Positions 23,901 through 38,042 are shown, counted from the first letter of the stretch. The stretch: DNA of 64,000 nt from Lama glama (GCA_028534125.1 CM052821.1:4650001-4714000), one strand, 5' to 3'. Made by a program: numbers and translations. The notes: generated by a model from the sequence alone, not told the origin.

Positions 23901-26900
23901 GCTTTGGGATTCCCTGGGGGAGAGCAAAACCGGAAGAGGGGAGTGGCCAGGAGCCTGGGACTCCCAGGCCTGCTGGTCCAGCAGGCGGCCCACAGGGAAG
24001 GTCCCTGCTCTTCCTTGGTCTGTAAAAGGTCTTGGGGGAGGGAGGCTGGAGAAGGGGGAAGTGAAAATCACCCAGAAGGGAAGAACGATGGGTCTGCACC
24101 CTCCCCCAGGCCCACAGGGCACCGTGCTCCATCGCTCCGGAGCCAGAAGCAGGGGAAGTGTGTGTGATGGGGGCTTCTGAGCATCGGGGCCCCAGCTGGG
24201 GAGTGGGACTGACAGACCTGGGTGGGGCTCCCAAGCTGCAATCTTCCTACCCCACATAATGTTTTCTTTGCCCTGTAGGCAGCTTGAGCCGGGCAGGGCC
24301 CCTCCCTCTGCTCCGGCAGCCCCCCATCATGCAGCCCCCGCTGGACCTCAAGCAGATCCTGCCCTTCCCATTGGAGCCCGCACCCACCCTGGGCCTCTTC
24401 AGCAACTACAGCACTGTGAGTAGCAGCCTGCTTGCCGGCCCCACTCTCCTGTGCCCCTGCTCTTTCTCTCCCTCGGATCCATCCCTGCCCTCTTCTCCTC
24501 TTGTATCTAATTCCTCATCTCCTCTTAGGACCCCATCTCCCTCACTTCTAGTCAGTTATGAGGGTCGTTGGCTTCTGGTATGCCATGGACAGCAATAACA
24601 GCAATAGCTAATATTTGCTGAGGTCTGGTTCTGGGCCAGACAGTGTGCGAAGCACTTTATATGAATCATCTCATTCAGTTCACCATCAGAAAAGTCATGA
24701 GACCTAGGCTGGCAGTAGTGACTACAGGGAGGTGGGAAGACGGGCGATGCAAAGGCATAAGCAGCCTGTCTGTAAGTTCCCACTCTCCGGAGCCCACAGT
24801 TGGGTGGGTCAGGTCAGTGGGGTAGGGCTTGGAGGGCTGGCAAAGTTGTCTAGATTTACTGTAACATGAAATAGGAAGCCATGATCTGTTCTTGAGCAGG
24901 AATGTGACTTGGTAGGGGCAGTGTTTGAGGAAGGTGAATGGAGCAGCAGGATGGAAGGGAGGAGAGGCTGGAGGAGGGTGGCCAGTTGGAAGGCTATCCC
25001 AGCAACACGGGCCTGCAGGGGAGCCTGGAGCACCAGACGGGGCCCATGGCAGCGGCAGAGTGAGTGGAGAAGAAGGAAGATGGACGAGGTGTTTCCAAGG
25101 AAATATTGACAGGCCATGGTGACCAACCAGTGTTTGGGGGTTGGGGAGAAGAGAGAGGATGAGTCAAGAATGACTCCAGGGTTCTGGCCTCTGCGGATGG
25201 GAGAAAGAAGTCACCGTGACAGGGGCAGGGGGTTGGAGGAGGAAGCTGGCCTGGGATGAGGCTGCTGAACACGTCTAGGACATGGTGCGTTGGTGGACCA
25301 ATGGGACACTGAGCCAAAAATGTCCAACAGACAGTTGGAATTCGGGGCCTGGAGAGTGGGCTAGAGCTAAAGACTTGGGGGGAAATCAGTTTATTCAACT
25401 TAGGTAACCCACCATCAAACCAGATTCAGCTGCAAGCATGCACTGAGCATCAACTACGTACCAGGCACTGCAGTAGATGTTTTTATACGTGATCGCATTT
25501 AACCTTCGCCACAACCCAAAGAGGTAGATGTTATTATTCTATTTTGATATACTGGAAGACAGAAACTAAGGCGCAGAAGGGTTTAGAAATTCATCTAAGT
25601 AGACACTGTACGTGCCTAAGGTATGGTTTGAACCCACAGCGTCTGACTACAAATAGAGTCCTCTTTATGCCACAGCTGTTTCCTCCAAATGTCTCCCAGA
25701 GAATCCAAACCAACATTTGCATTGCACTTTGAGGTTTACGAAGCATTTTCCATATCTCAATCTTTTTAGCAACCCTATGGGGTAGCTGTCATTTTATCCT
25801 TGTTTTACAGATGAGAAAATCGAGTACTGATCATAAGGAAGGCACTGTCCTAGATACGGTGGAGACATGAGGGTAAATGTGATACGGTCCGATCCTGAAG
25901 GTGCTTATGTTCAGGGAAGAAGTATAGAAACGTACACAGCGATCTATAAAATACTGAAGCAGAGACACTAACAAAAATTCAACTGAACAAAAAAAATTTT
26001 GAGCACCTACTATGTCCAGGGCACAGCGCCTTGTGTCAGGGACACAGGACTCAGTCTGTGCTTGGAGAGCTCACGGTTTAGTAAGAATGATAACAAATTA
26101 ACAGCTACCCTACAGTGTGGAAGGAGCTGTGTCGGAGGCAGATAGCTTGTAGGGGAGCCCAAGTGAGTATCAAGAAAAGGCTTGCTGGATGCGGTGGTGC
26201 CTCAGGGATCAACCAGAGCTGAGCAGAAAAAAAAAAAGAGCAGAGGAAAAGGGGATTGAAGCTGGACCAGGTGATGTTATGATTTGAGCTTTGAGGAATT
26301 ATTAGCAGGACTTTAAAAGGGACCTTAGAGAATATTCCAAGTTGAAACAAGGGCTAGAAAAGAGCATTTGAGAATGTGCAGTTGACTGGGCGTGACTGGA
26401 GCAGAAGGTGCTGGGAATACTTCCCACCAGCTGCGTATTTGATTTACACTTAACCTCAGGTCTCCCACCATTGTCCCCGTTTTATAGATGAGGAAACGCA
26501 GACCCAGAGAGGTTGTGACTTGCCCAAGGTCACAAAGTTACTTAGACAATTCACGTGGATAATCCAGGGTGTCTGAGTCCCTCAGGGTTCATGGCTCCAG
26601 CCTCTAGTGGGGACAAGCTATTTAAAGCCAGGAGCGTGGATAAGCTTGGAGAGTGTGACCGAGTGTTGAGCAGCATCAGCCTTGGCATCTGACTGGCAGG
26701 ATTTGAACTGATGTTCCAGAAGTACTGGCTGTGTGACTTAAGGCAAATTACTTAACCACTCTGAACCTCAATTTTATTAGCTGTAATAGTACCAACTCAC
26801 AAGGTTGTTGTGAGAATCATAATGCATATCATAACGCCTAGCACAAAGTTTTCCATCAGTGTTAGCTGCTATGGTTATTGTGTTATTTCTATTATTTTTT

Positions 26901-29900
26901 ATTTAAGAGAGGATCAGGGAGAGAAAGGTAGTTTGGCCAAGGTCTGAGCCTTGGGGAATAAGCAGAATTAAGCAGTGGGAACAGGAGGAGTCTCCAGCAA
27001 AGGAAATGAAGGAGCCACTGGAGGGGGTGGGGACACAACCATGTTCCTGTAGAGTTGGAGAAGCCAAGGGAGAGAGTGTGGCAGGCTGCATCAATAGTGT
27101 CAAATTCTGCAGGGGAACAAGGACTGCAGAAAAGCTGCAGGCGGGCCTTGGCAGTTCCGTGCAGCAGTTAAGTACATGGCTTTGGAGTCAGGCTGCCCAG
27201 GTTTAAATTCAAATCCCAGTTCAGCCACTTACTAGCTTATGACCTTGGGCAAATTATTGAGCCTCTCTAAACCTCAGTTCCCTCATCTATAAAATGAAGA
27301 TAATAATAGTACTTACTTCGAATAGTGGTTGTGAAGTTTAAATTAGATAATCCATGCAAAGAGCTCAGTACAGAGGCTGGCACATTCCAAGGGCTCAGTC
27401 AACATTAGTCTGTGGTGGTGATGGTATTATTATTCATGGCAGAGTCTCTCCTTCCCTGCACTAATGCTTCCAGATCTCTCTCCTACTCCGGCTGGTCTAA
27501 CCCCTTAGACCCCTCCCTGCTTTAGGCTTCCCTCTGTCCTTGGATGTCCCTCACTGTCTCCCAAAGACAGCCTCTCTCTGCATCCAGTGCCCTGTTTCAC
27601 TCACCTCTTGGCCCTAAGTGGAATGGAGAAGATGAGATCCAGAGATGAGAGCGGGAATCCTAGAACCTACTCAGAGAGAATAAGGAAGTGTTTTGGGAGT
27701 GGGCTGCTCTGCCCTCCTGTGCCTCGAACCGCGGTGCTGCCCCCACGCGACCGCCAGAGGGCAGCAAGTGCACGAAGCATAACTCTTCGCGAGCCTGGTT
27801 CTCCAGCAGGTGGCGGGCGAGGGGAGGAGGTGGGAAGAGGTTAAGGACCGTGTCCCCAGACTGAGGTCGCTTCTGCCCTGGGCGTCCCCAGCTCCACCAT
27901 TCAGAGGAGTCACTGACAGAGCAGTGCCTGCCACCTGGGTACCTGGGCTTGGTTTCCCATCCCTAGCAGAGGAAGTGAGGTAAAAGGGGCACCGGGGCCG
28001 TGTGCAGGAGGAGCAGGGGAAGGGTCGTCTGGGGACTCGAAAGAGAAGCTGTCAGCAGGGGAATTAAGTGGAAGGGATGAAAGAAAGGAGAAAAGTCCTC
28101 ACTAGAGAACAGGGTCGGCCACTGGATTGGTGGGGATACTGGACCCTGCAAGGGTCCCCAGTGGAGGAAGCCGAGCTCATCTGGTCCATGCTCCGTCGTT
28201 CGGCCCAGGGGCCCCTGTCCAGAACCAGGTCTTCCTGGAACGAGTGTCTGGACATAGACACCCCCTCCCCTCCTTCCCTCCTCTTTTCGCCCTAGGGCCC
28301 CTTCATCCCTCCCAAGCTCCCTATCCCCGCCCTCATGTTCGGCCCTCCCTCGGCCCCGCCTCTGGGGCGGGCTCCGGTCCCGGCCGGCGCCGCCTCCCCT
28401 TCTCCCGGCCGGCCCGGCCGCACAGCCCCGAGCCACCCGGGCAACGAGCGCCGCGTCCCCGGCCTGCCCGGCCCTGCCAGGCTCGGCCCCTCTGCCCGGG
28501 TCCGCTGTCCCGGGCCATGGAGACGCGTCCCCCGGGGTCCCGCAGGGTAAGCCACCCGGCCCCTCCTCTCTCCTTGGCTCCCGCCGCTGCCGCAGAGCCC
28601 CCACCCCCCACCCCATCCCCGCCCGCCCCTGCCCGGCTCCCTACCTCTCTCTTCGCCTAGTCCTCGGGTTATCCGGCCCATCCCCCACTACCGGCGCGTC
28701 CCCAACCAGTCTCTGGGTCCCAGCTGGCGCCCCCAGACTGCTGCCACCATGCTGGATACCCCGGCCTCTGTTTCTCAGATCCTCGGAGTCCCTCAAATCT
28801 TCAGACTTCCCATCAGGTCCTACACCTACCCTCAAATTGCCATGCCGCTCAGATCCCTTATCCAACCCTGACCCCATCTCAGCCTCAGTCCCCTCCGTAG
28901 CATCCCTCCCCCACCAGCCTCCACCTGCTCTTTACACAGCCTCTAGCTACCTCTCTTTCCTGTTTCAATCCTTCCTGTCCCTAAGGTCTTCCCATCCCTG
29001 AGATTTCACCCCCTTCTCTTTTTGCCTTTATTTGGGGGGGGGGATGAAGAAGTGAGGTGGTCACACAGGGGCAGCGGTGCCATCAGATAAAAGGCAATGG
29101 AAGGAAATATAATCATAGCCCCCCCTTGTGTTCCTGATCTGGTTTCCCCCTTCCCTCCCCTTTGCCCTTCCTGATTCATTTTGCCCCAGCTTCGGGGAGC
29201 TATTCCCTTTCATGTCTGCTGTTGGAGGGCAGGTGGGAGGGGACTGTTTCGTGAACCTTTCCAGACAGTGTCTAGGCCAAAATCCTAGGGAAGAGACTCT
29301 GGAGTGGGATGAGCTCTGGGAGATGCTGGCCTCCACCCCTCCCCTGAGAGCCCTCATCTAGGTCACCAGGGCCTCTTGACCTTGGCCTGGAGCAGCACTT
29401 CAATGGCTCACATTCCATCTGCGCAGGGATTGGGACCAGGGGCCCTCACCTTCAGCCTGGTATCTCCTCAGTTCCTGGAGGAGAAGGTGAGAAGGACCCA
29501 CCTGACTGGGTTGCTGCTTTCTTCCCTGCCCACCCCCACCCCTTGTCGGTGTTTATGGACTTAAACCTGAGGAGGGGGTTGTGCAAAAGAAAAGGCTCTC
29601 ACCCTGGAGAACTCAAGTGGAGCAGGGATCATTTGCAGGGGGTGGATGTTGGGATGGTCAGCCCACAGGTCATCCTCAGGGCACCGGGTCCTCAGCCACT
29701 CCAGGGAGCTGGCTGAGGTTCTGGCGTGGAACAGAGACAGAACCAGGGGCCTCTGGTCTCCCTCTACATCCCACTCCTCTCTCCCTACTGTTTTCATCGA
29801 CTTAGGTTTCCTGGCCCAGATTGGGTTTCTGTTTGGGCTGAATTCCATTCCCCACCCAGGATGTGAGGATGTCCAGGGGCTGAGGAGAACCCTGGGGCAG

Positions 29901-32900
29901 AGCTGGGGGTCTCTGGTTAGGGAGGACTGATGCTGGGAGACTGGGAGCTGAGAGCAGTCATCTGCCTTCCCCTTTCTGATTAAAGCCTGTCTCCAATTCG
30001 GTCTGTCTGTCTTTCTGCCAAACACATCATACAATCACACCAATAAACACACAGCTGAAGATTGCACAACCAGACCATTCACGGCTTCGGCAGAGCCCCT
30101 GACACAGAAATGTTGATACATAAGTGATGTACACACAGCACATGACATGCCTTCACACCCCACCCCTGCACAGATTGATCGTACCCTGCCTAGACACATA
30201 CTGACACACCCAGTCTTCCCGTGTTTGGCTTTTCGTTGAAAAGGACCTGGGCTTCCAGAAGGTGAAGAGCAAGCCACTAAGAGGGGCTGCTTCCAGCCAA
30301 GGGCAGACCGAGAGATGGACACTTGTCAGCCAGACTGGTTATCTGAACTCCTGCCTCTGTCACTGCCAAATGGGGCAGCCCCTTTTCCAGGGATGCTAAC
30401 GCCCCTCTCCTAACATTAACCCAGCCAGCCAGACGACCTGGGGGGGAGCAGAGGGGAGCCGGGATGTGTGGGCTTTCCAGACCACCTTCTTCCCCTGCTG
30501 CATGTTCCTGTCTCTCACCAGTGTCTCACTGGGAACCATGAAGACCTGGGCCGAGGAAGGGCCTCAGCTGAGGAGCTAAGGACCCCCCAAGTCTCCAGCA
30601 ACTATTTTTACTTGATCCTTCTGCCCAAAAGATAAGGTTTCAGCTCTAATTTGGTTCCCTGCTTCTGAGAGATCCCAGCCATCACCCAGTCTTGCTCAGC
30701 CTCAGCTGCATTCCAGTCTCGCCTCTCCCTGGCTGCCTGGGGGCCAGAAGGGAGGAGGACTGAGCAGGGAGGCAGTTTTCATGCCTCTAGGCCCCTGGCT
30801 TCATCCCCTGATAGCAGAAGGCTTCAGAGAGAAACTCCCAACCCCTTCCCTCCTCATGTGAACTCTTGGCAGGAGACTGCAAAGACATCTGCTGACCCAG
30901 GGTGGGGGCAGAGGCTGTTCCTAATCCCGCCCAGCCCCGCAGCCCTGCCCTAGAAGCCCTGTGATCAGGGACAAGGAGTTCAGAAGATCTCCGAGCTGCC
31001 TCAGGCCAGCCGGACTTCTTAGGTTCCCCCACTTATTCCCCATTATTCAGTGGAGCCACCTCCCCTCTCCTGAGTTCTTTTACTCTCTCTGGAAGCTGCT
31101 GCTTTAAGAGGTCCAGGGAGTGAGTGTGTTAGGGCAACCTGGGGCCAGGGATGGGAAGCTGGGAACATCTGTCTCCTGGGACCAGGAGTTTGGCTTGAAG
31201 GTTTTGCCCCATAGTGAAGGCCAAAAAAAGGCTTCAGCCGAAGGCCCTAGGATCCAGGGTGCTTTGGGACTTCCTGTCAGTGGGCCTCTGGTGGATCGAC
31301 CCAAGGGATCAGTTAAGGTGACAGGGTTGGATCTTCGTGGTATGTTGGATGGAGAAAGGGGTCCAGATTCAAGTTCCAGTTCTGCTGTGAACTCATGCTG
31401 TGACCCTGGGCAAACGACTTCTACATTCTGTCAAATGGGAGCATTGAGTCAGTGGACCCCTCAGCTTCCTTCCAGCGCTGTGAAGACTGGGCTGGGAGAG
31501 AGTCAGGAGGCTGAGGCTCACAGCCCTAGGGCAGGCTGGAGGGAAGAGGGGAGGCTCTGGGGACTTGGCTTCAACCCAGCCGCCACCAGTGGGGGGATGA
31601 TGGACACGAGTTTTGTGCTGGGGTCCCTGGCTCACCCCAGCCTGCCCCCACAGATGGACCCTGTGCAGAAGGCTGTACTCTCCCACACTTTTGGGGGACC
31701 TTTGCTCAAGACCAAGCGGCCCATCATCTCCTGTAACGTCTGTCAGATCCGCTTCAATTCTCAGGTAAGAAACCCAGCCGCTCACCCATCTCACGGGTGG
31801 GGCAGGGGCAGCCAGAGGGGCCTGGGGGAGAGCAGAGACTGGGAGCTCTGGGTGAGGGGCAGGGATTAAAGGGAAATCAGGGGAAGAGCAGGGAATGGGG
31901 ATGCTGTAGAGGGGGCAGGCTGATGGAAGGCACTGGGAGGGACAAGAGATGGCTGTATGACAACATGAAGTAGCCCAGTCCTCTAAGGCTGACCCTTCCC
32001 CCACTTGGGGACTGAGGCATCCCTAGCTCCGAACTTAGAACACAGGTGGCTGTCATTGTCTGGGTGAGAGTGTGGCCTCTGGCCTCCTGGTCTTGGGTGC
32101 GGGGCTGAGTTATGTCATTGGCTCCCCTGCAAAGCCTGTGCCTCCTGGGCCTCTGCTAAACTCCTCCCCGGCCCACCCACTTCCCTCTAAACCTCATGGC
32201 TTCCCCATCTCTCCACCATCCTCCCTCCAAGTCACACACAAGGCCTGGCCTGCACTGCTCTCCCATGGGGCTTTCCCATGGGGAGAAGCCACGCAAAACT
32301 CAGAACCGAGGTGTCTGGCCTCCCAGATGGTCTCCCTCTGATGCTCCCTCAGGGCTTCTGTGTCGGTCTGGAGGGGGCTTTGTGAGGTGCAGGTTCTGAG
32401 AGCTTTTGGAGAAAAACAGCAGAGCCTCATCCTGCTGAGTAGGGGAAAATAAAGCATGTTCTGTTTCTCTACCCAGTCCCCCGGCGCGCGCACGCACACA
32501 CACACCCCCCCCCCCCATGCTGCCAGGCTCTGCACACCACTGCCCCACCCCTGGGCTGTCAATCTTCCTTTCCTGCCTATCCACACCTTTTATTTCTACT
32601 TTACCCCTGTCTGGGTGACCTTGTGGTTCCAGGATTGTGTGTTCTTAGCAGAGGGTGCACACGGTGTGGGGGTGGGGCCAGGACCAACCCAGCTGCAGAC
32701 CTCCCCTTTACCTCAACCCCAGGCGTCCCCTCTCTCAACCCTGGCTCCCCTCACTGGTGGTGAGTGGAAGACTGGAGGGGCAGGCGATCAATAGCAGGCA
32801 GCCCCCCCTTTTTGCCCTCCCTTCTCTCCCCCAAAGTGGCTCTGTTTTGACAGCTGTCTCTTCTGCTGTCTCTGTCTCCAGAGCTGGGCTTGGGGCCAGG

Positions 32901-35900
32901 GTCCTCCAGGGTGTCCGCAGAGGCTACAGGGAAAATGAGACCCAGGGGGGAGTAGTCAGGGTGGACTGCAGGCCTCAGAGCTCCTGGGACTCCCGGCTTG
33001 AGGGTGGAAGCAGCAAAGACTGGATCCTGAGGCCAGGAGACACAGGCACATTAGGCACTGGGTGAAGAGGAGGCGGACTGGCTGGATTGCAGGCCCCTGC
33101 CATTGGGGGCTCCATCATAGGTGTGAGATCCCCTCCTTTCACCTCAAGACTAGGTGGGAAGCCTGAATCAGCAGCCAGGCCCTGAGCATGGTGGTGCGTG
33201 GAGCCTGGGCGAAGTGGGGATCCAGGCGCCCAGCAACTCAAGCTTGAGAAGCTAGTCTGAAACCCCAGGAATCACGAGGGCTCCTCGCATGGGGCTTTAC
33301 ATCTCCCCAGTGTAGGGAGAAAGTCACTGCAGCCTGCTGAGGCCACCCCAGGACCCGAAGGAGCTCCATGGGGAGAATGGTCAGATACGAGGTGATCTCA
33401 GATTCCGTTTTCTTCCTCCAACCCTAAAGAGCCAGGCTGAGGCCCACTACAAGGGCAATCGCCATGCCCGAAGAGTCAAAGGCATCGAGGCTGCCAAGAC
33501 CCGAGGCAGGGAGCCTGGTGTCCGGGAACCTGGAGACCCAGCCCCCCCAGGTGGCAGCCCCCTCAGTGGAGATGGTGGAGCCCCCCGTCCAGGTAGGTCT
33601 GACTCCTCCCGCATCCTTCAGCTGATCTTGTCTCCTCCATCCTGTCCTTATGTCCCAGAACTTTCCTCTGCTTTCATCTCTCTCTTCCTAAGCCCCCACC
33701 CCACCCCCGCCCAAGGTGAGTCCTAGAGCCAAACACAGTGATGCGAAATTTCCATCCTGTCACCCCCACTCCCGCCCCAGCTCCTCTCAACAGAGTCCCC
33801 ACTGTCTGTCCTCCCCACTGCCCAGTGACTCAGAGAGGGGCTAGGGTGAGGCCACCTGGCAAACTTCCCTTTCAAGAAAAAGGGAACCATCCAATCCAGG
33901 GAGAGGCCCCTTCGTCTTGAGGAGAGGGGCAGAGGAGGGAATCAGAGTGTCCGAGGACCTGCCCGTGGGGGCAAGCCAGGCACCTCCCTAGGTAATCTTG
34001 GATAGATTTTCTGACCCCTTTGGACCAGAGTTTTCTTTCCTGGGAAGTAAAAGAGTGAGACTTGAAGATCTGAGAGGTCTTTTCCAGGTGTACAAAAAGC
34101 AGCTCTGAAATTCTTTCTCCCTCATGGCTGGTGGCCCTCTTCAACCATATTCCCAGTCAAGAAGCTGGAAAGAAAGAACATTAAGACAGGAAGTAGGAGC
34201 CACCCCCATCCTGGAATTGCCACCTCAGATGTCAGGGCCAGCCTGCGAGGGGCCCGGCATCCCCGTGTCCTCCTTTTCCTTGCCTGTCCTTCCTGCTCCA
34301 GCCTAAGTAGAATGAGAACCAAGCTTGCACCACTAGCTTGGGGGGCAGGCGCACACTCTTACCACTCACCACACACACACACACACACACTGTCCCTCAG
34401 GGATGCACAGATAGGGCAAGTGGGTGAGCTGAGTCCTAATTGTGTTCTGGCTGCTTCTTAGCCCGAACTTCTTGGGTTGACTGGGTAATGTCTCTGCAAG
34501 ACGGGGATAAGGATGGTGGCAGTGTAGCCAACAGTTCTTGCCTAGCCCTGTTCTAGGTGCCTGATGCATATTACCTCACTTTGTTCCTACGGTATCTCTC
34601 TAAGGAGGTAACCATACCTGCCCTGCTTTTGAAAGCCAGGAGGTCCTGTCCAGATTGAGATGTGAATGTGCTATCTGGATTGGGATGGAGGTGAAGGATG
34701 TCACAAATGAGGAAGACTTAAAAAAAAAAAAAAAAGGGAGACATGAAAGGAGGGATGAGCAAAATGGACACCTATAGGGGTCAGGAGGTTCCCTCCCACC
34801 AATTCCACACCCCACCCCCACCAGCCTCCCCCTGACCCGGAAACTGGATCGGCTGCTGGAGCAAGAATGGGAGCGCTAGAGTTTCCCCTGTGCAGAGGCC
34901 AGAGCCCAGCGCTGAGGCCTGGGGCCTGTGCATCTTTAATCGAGCCATGAATTATAGAGCAGCCCACATCCCTGCTTCTTCCCTCTCTGGTTCTGCTGTT
35001 TTCTGTTTCCCTTTTGCCATGTCTGTATCTGTCTCTCCCAACCTCCAGTCACCTTGCTTCTGCCCCTTCCTCGAGTTCTTTGGCATGCCTCCCCGGGGAC
35101 TGCCCAGCCTCTGGGAGGGGGCCTGGCCAGGTGGGAGACCCAGGCTGGCTGGCAGGCCTTGGAGGGGTGAATCCCTGTTCCACGCCTCTTCCCCCTGCCA
35201 CCCTCCCACCCCCAGGCTAGGCTGGCTGCCAGCTTCACCGTGGCTGAAGGGGAGGCCAGTGTGGCTGGCCCCCTCAGCCCTTCCCAGCTTATGGGGAATG
35301 AGCCAGGCATCGGAGTCTCACACCCAGCCTGCAGCAGCTGGACCACATCTGGCTCCAGCCCAGGGCATGAGAGCATGCATGTTGTCACAGGGTGGGGACT
35401 CCTGGGCCCTCGCCCTCAAGGAAATGGGGGTAGTTCTCCTTCACATAAAGAATCTTCTCCGAAAGCCATCTGGGGTGACCCCTATATTTCTCCCCCAACA
35501 ACAGTTTCCATGGAGAATGGACTGGGTCCAGCCCCAGGATCCCCAGAGAAACAGCCTGGCTCCCCATCCCCTCCCAGCGTTCCGGAGACTGGTCAGGGTG
35601 CGACCAAGGGTGAAGGGGGAGCTCCAGCCCCAGCTTCCCTGCCTGGAGGTAGCAAGGAAGAGGAGGAGAAGGCCAAGCGGCTGCTCTACTGTGCTCTGTG
35701 CAAGGTGGCAGTGAACTCCCTGTCCCAGCTTGAGGCGCATAACAAAGGTATGGGCTCCCCGCCCACCCCACCCCCACCCAGTCCTCAACCTGCTCCTGCT
35801 CCCCACATCCTAACTCTCCTGGCTCCCAACATCCCTGGGTCCTCCCAGACCTACCAGCCTATCTCCCTCCCTAATCATCTTCTTCATTCCTCAGCCCCTT

Positions 35901-36970
35901 ACCTCTTCAGTTCCCTCCCCACCCCACCCCCACATTATTTCTTGTAACTGTGACTCTCCCCTGATCCACCTTGTGTTTGGACGGGTCCCATGGGGCTTGA
36001 AAAAAACCCACACTTGATGCACCCTCCCCCCACCCCCAGTATTTTAATTGGAAATGTGGGCATTTGAGGCCTAGTAAGCCTGGATAATTTTTCTCCCCCC
36101 TTACCTTCTGCCCTCTGTGGGCTCCAGGTACTAAGCACAAGACAATTCTGGAGGCCCGAAGTGGGCTGGGCCCCATCAAAGCTTACCCTCGGCTGGGGCC
36201 TCCCACTCCCGGGGAACCCGAGGCCCCTGCCCAGGACCGAACCTTCCACTGTGAGATCTGCAACGTCAAGGTCAACTCGGAGGTCCAACTGAAACAGGTG
36301 GGTTCAAGGCCCTTCCCAAGAACTCTGGGGAGTCCACCCGCTAAGAGCGGAGGGAGAACAGGGAGCTTGGGTGAGGGCTCTTCTTCAGGGCCGTCCACTG
36401 GGGCCCCGGAAGGAGCGGGGCTGGGTTCTGGGGTGTGATTTCTCTGCTCGCTGGTGGTCCCTTTGTTCCCCGTGTGGCTCACAGCCCCCCACCCTCTGGT
36501 CCCTGCAGCACATTTCCAGCCGGCGGCACCGAGATGGCGTGGCCGGGAAGCCCAACCCGCTACTGAGCCGTCACAAGAAGCCTAGGGGCGCCGGCGAGCT
36601 GGCGGTGAGGCCTGGGCGCTGGACAACTTGGCGACGGGGGACTGGAGCCGGGAGGACGGGCCGGCCCTGGGAAAAGTGGAGTTTGCAGGGCCACAGAATG
36701 ACTCTTCCCTCTCTCTCCCTGCCCCTCTCCCCACTGCAGGGCACTCTGACTTTCTCCAAGGAGCTGCCCAAGTCCCTGGCCAGCGGCCTGCTCCCCAGCC
36801 CCCTGGCGGTGGCTGCGGTGATGGCAGCGGCAGCAGGCTCCCCGCTGTCTCTGCGCCCGGCTCCAGCCGCTCCTCTTCTCCAGGGACCGCCGATTACCCA
36901 CCCCCTGCTCCACCCGGCCCCCGGGCCCATCCGAACTGCGCACGGACCCATCCTCTTCTCCCCCTACTGA
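17805..36970 (+). CDS. ZNF385A: Zinc finger protein 385A (Hzf), matrin/U1-type C2H2 RNA-binding protein, 386 aa long isoform
   Basis: Exons 17805-17814 (ATG ATC CTC G|gtgagt), 24279-24415, 31654-31764, 33430-33592, 35505-35747, 36128-36297, 36509-36604, 36740-36970; 1161 nt = 386 aa + stop. Three zinc fingers: CNVCQIRFNSQSQAEAHYKGNRH, CALCKVAVNSLSQLEAHNKGTKH and CEICNVKVNSEVQLKQHISSRRH. C-terminus GPIRTAHGPILFSPY. Exon 5 (243 nt) is frame-preserving. Confidence 0.97.
21050..22085. mobile_element. MIR fragments (nested pair about 21050-21425; another about 21840-22085)
   Basis: agctgtgtgaccttggtcaagtaac; ttaacttctctgagcctcagtttcttcat. Confidence 0.65.
24590..27435. mobile_element. Dense cluster of MIR and L2 fragments in ZNF385A intron 2
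   Basis: Multiple MIR cores (ttttacagatgagaaaat; ttttatagatgaggaaacgcagacccagagaggttgtgacttgcccaaggtcaca; gaccttgggcaaattattgagcctctctaaacctcagttccctcatctataaaatg) interleaved with purine-rich L2 segments (gagtcaagaatgactccagggttctggc). Confidence 0.75.
27751..27816 (+). promoter_or_regulatory. Tandem CTCF motifs in ZNF385A intron 2
   Basis: CCGCCAGAGGGCAGCA (27751-27766) and CCAGCAGGTGGCGG (27803-27816) in a local CpG patch. Confidence 0.65.
28320..28730 (+). promoter_or_regulatory. ZNF385A: Internal CpG-island promoter of ZNF385A
   Basis: Very GC/CpG-rich with several GC boxes (ccccgccc, ggggcggg), upstream of the METRPPGSRR exon. Confidence 0.75.
28517..28546 (+). CDS. ZNF385A: ZNF385A alternative coding first exon (METRPPGSRR) splicing to exon 3
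   Basis: Strong Kozak gccATGG, 10 codons, donor AGG|gtaagc. Phase 0 matches the acceptor at 31654. Lies inside a CpG island. Confidence 0.75.
34370..34390. repeat. (CA)10 microsatellite
   Basis: Directly visible. Confidence 0.95.
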
Positions 36971-38042
36971 CCTGAACCCTGAACCCCCTCCCATTCAACC
37001 CCCCCCACCTCCAGCCGGGACCCAGGCCTCCGGGCTCCCAGCCCGCCCCTCCTCCCGGCACTCCCTGAATGATCTCTCTCCTTCCCCCNNNNNNNNNNNN
37101 NNNNNNNNNNNNNNNNNNNNNNNNNNNNNNNNNNNNNNNNNNNNNNNNNNNNNNNNNNNNNNNNNNNNNNNNNNNNNNNNNNNNNNNNNNNNNNNNNNNN
37201 NNNNNNNNNNNNNNNNNNNNNNNNNNNNNNNNNNNNNNNNNNNNNNNNNNNNNNNNNNNNNNNNNNNNNNNNNNNNNNNNNNNNNNNNNNNNNNNNNNNN
37301 NNNNNNNNNNNNNNNNNNNNNNNNNNNNNNNNNNNNNNNNNNNNNNNNNNNNNNNNNNNNNNNNNNNNNNNNNNNNNNNNNNNNNNNNNNNNNNNNNNNN
37401 NNNNNNNNNNNNNNNNNNNNNNNNNNNNNNNNNNNNNNNNNNNNNNNNNNNNNNNNNNNNNNNNNNNNNNNNNNNNNNNNNNNNNNNNNNNNNNNNNNNN
37501 NNNNNNNNNNNNNNNNNNNNNNNCAGCCCAGGTCTAGCCGGGCCCATGGGCAGCACTTGGCGGCATCTCTGGCACTTGGGTGGGACCAAGTAGATGCCCC
37601 TATAGACCCTTCCCTCACCTTTGTCCTCCCCANNNNNNNNNNNNNNNNNNNNNNNNNNNNNNNNNNNNNNNNNNNNNNNNNNNNNNNNNNNNNNNNNNNN
37701 NNNNNNNNNNNNNNNNNNNNNNNNNNNNNNNNNNNNNNNNNNNNNNNNNNNNNNNNNNNNNNNNNNNNNNNNNNNNNNNNCCGCAGGATTCGCAGTCTGT
37801 AGCCTCCCCCATCCCAGTTCCTAGACCTCATGGCTGTCCCCTCCCACCAGACACCTCCACTGCACAACTCGGGCGGGGTCGTGACCTCCCCCTACACCCC
37901 TGTGGTTTCCGTATCGTCAGCCCTTCCAGCACCAACCCGGGAGGGGGACGGGCCCCGCTGGCCTTCCCCTCCCCATCAACTCTTTCTGCTTGACGATGTA
38001 GCAACCCTGGCCCCCTACCCACGTCTCTCCCTTTTCCCTGAC

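Noticed and set aside
34890-35714. 274-aa ORF overlapping ZNF385A exon 5 in another frame
   Set aside because: GTG start, low-complexity intronic GC-rich composition and no domain signature.
36894-37993. Long ORFs spanning N-runs (also near 45.7k, 47.9k, 52k and 59-61k)
   Set aside because: Artefacts of translating through gaps.
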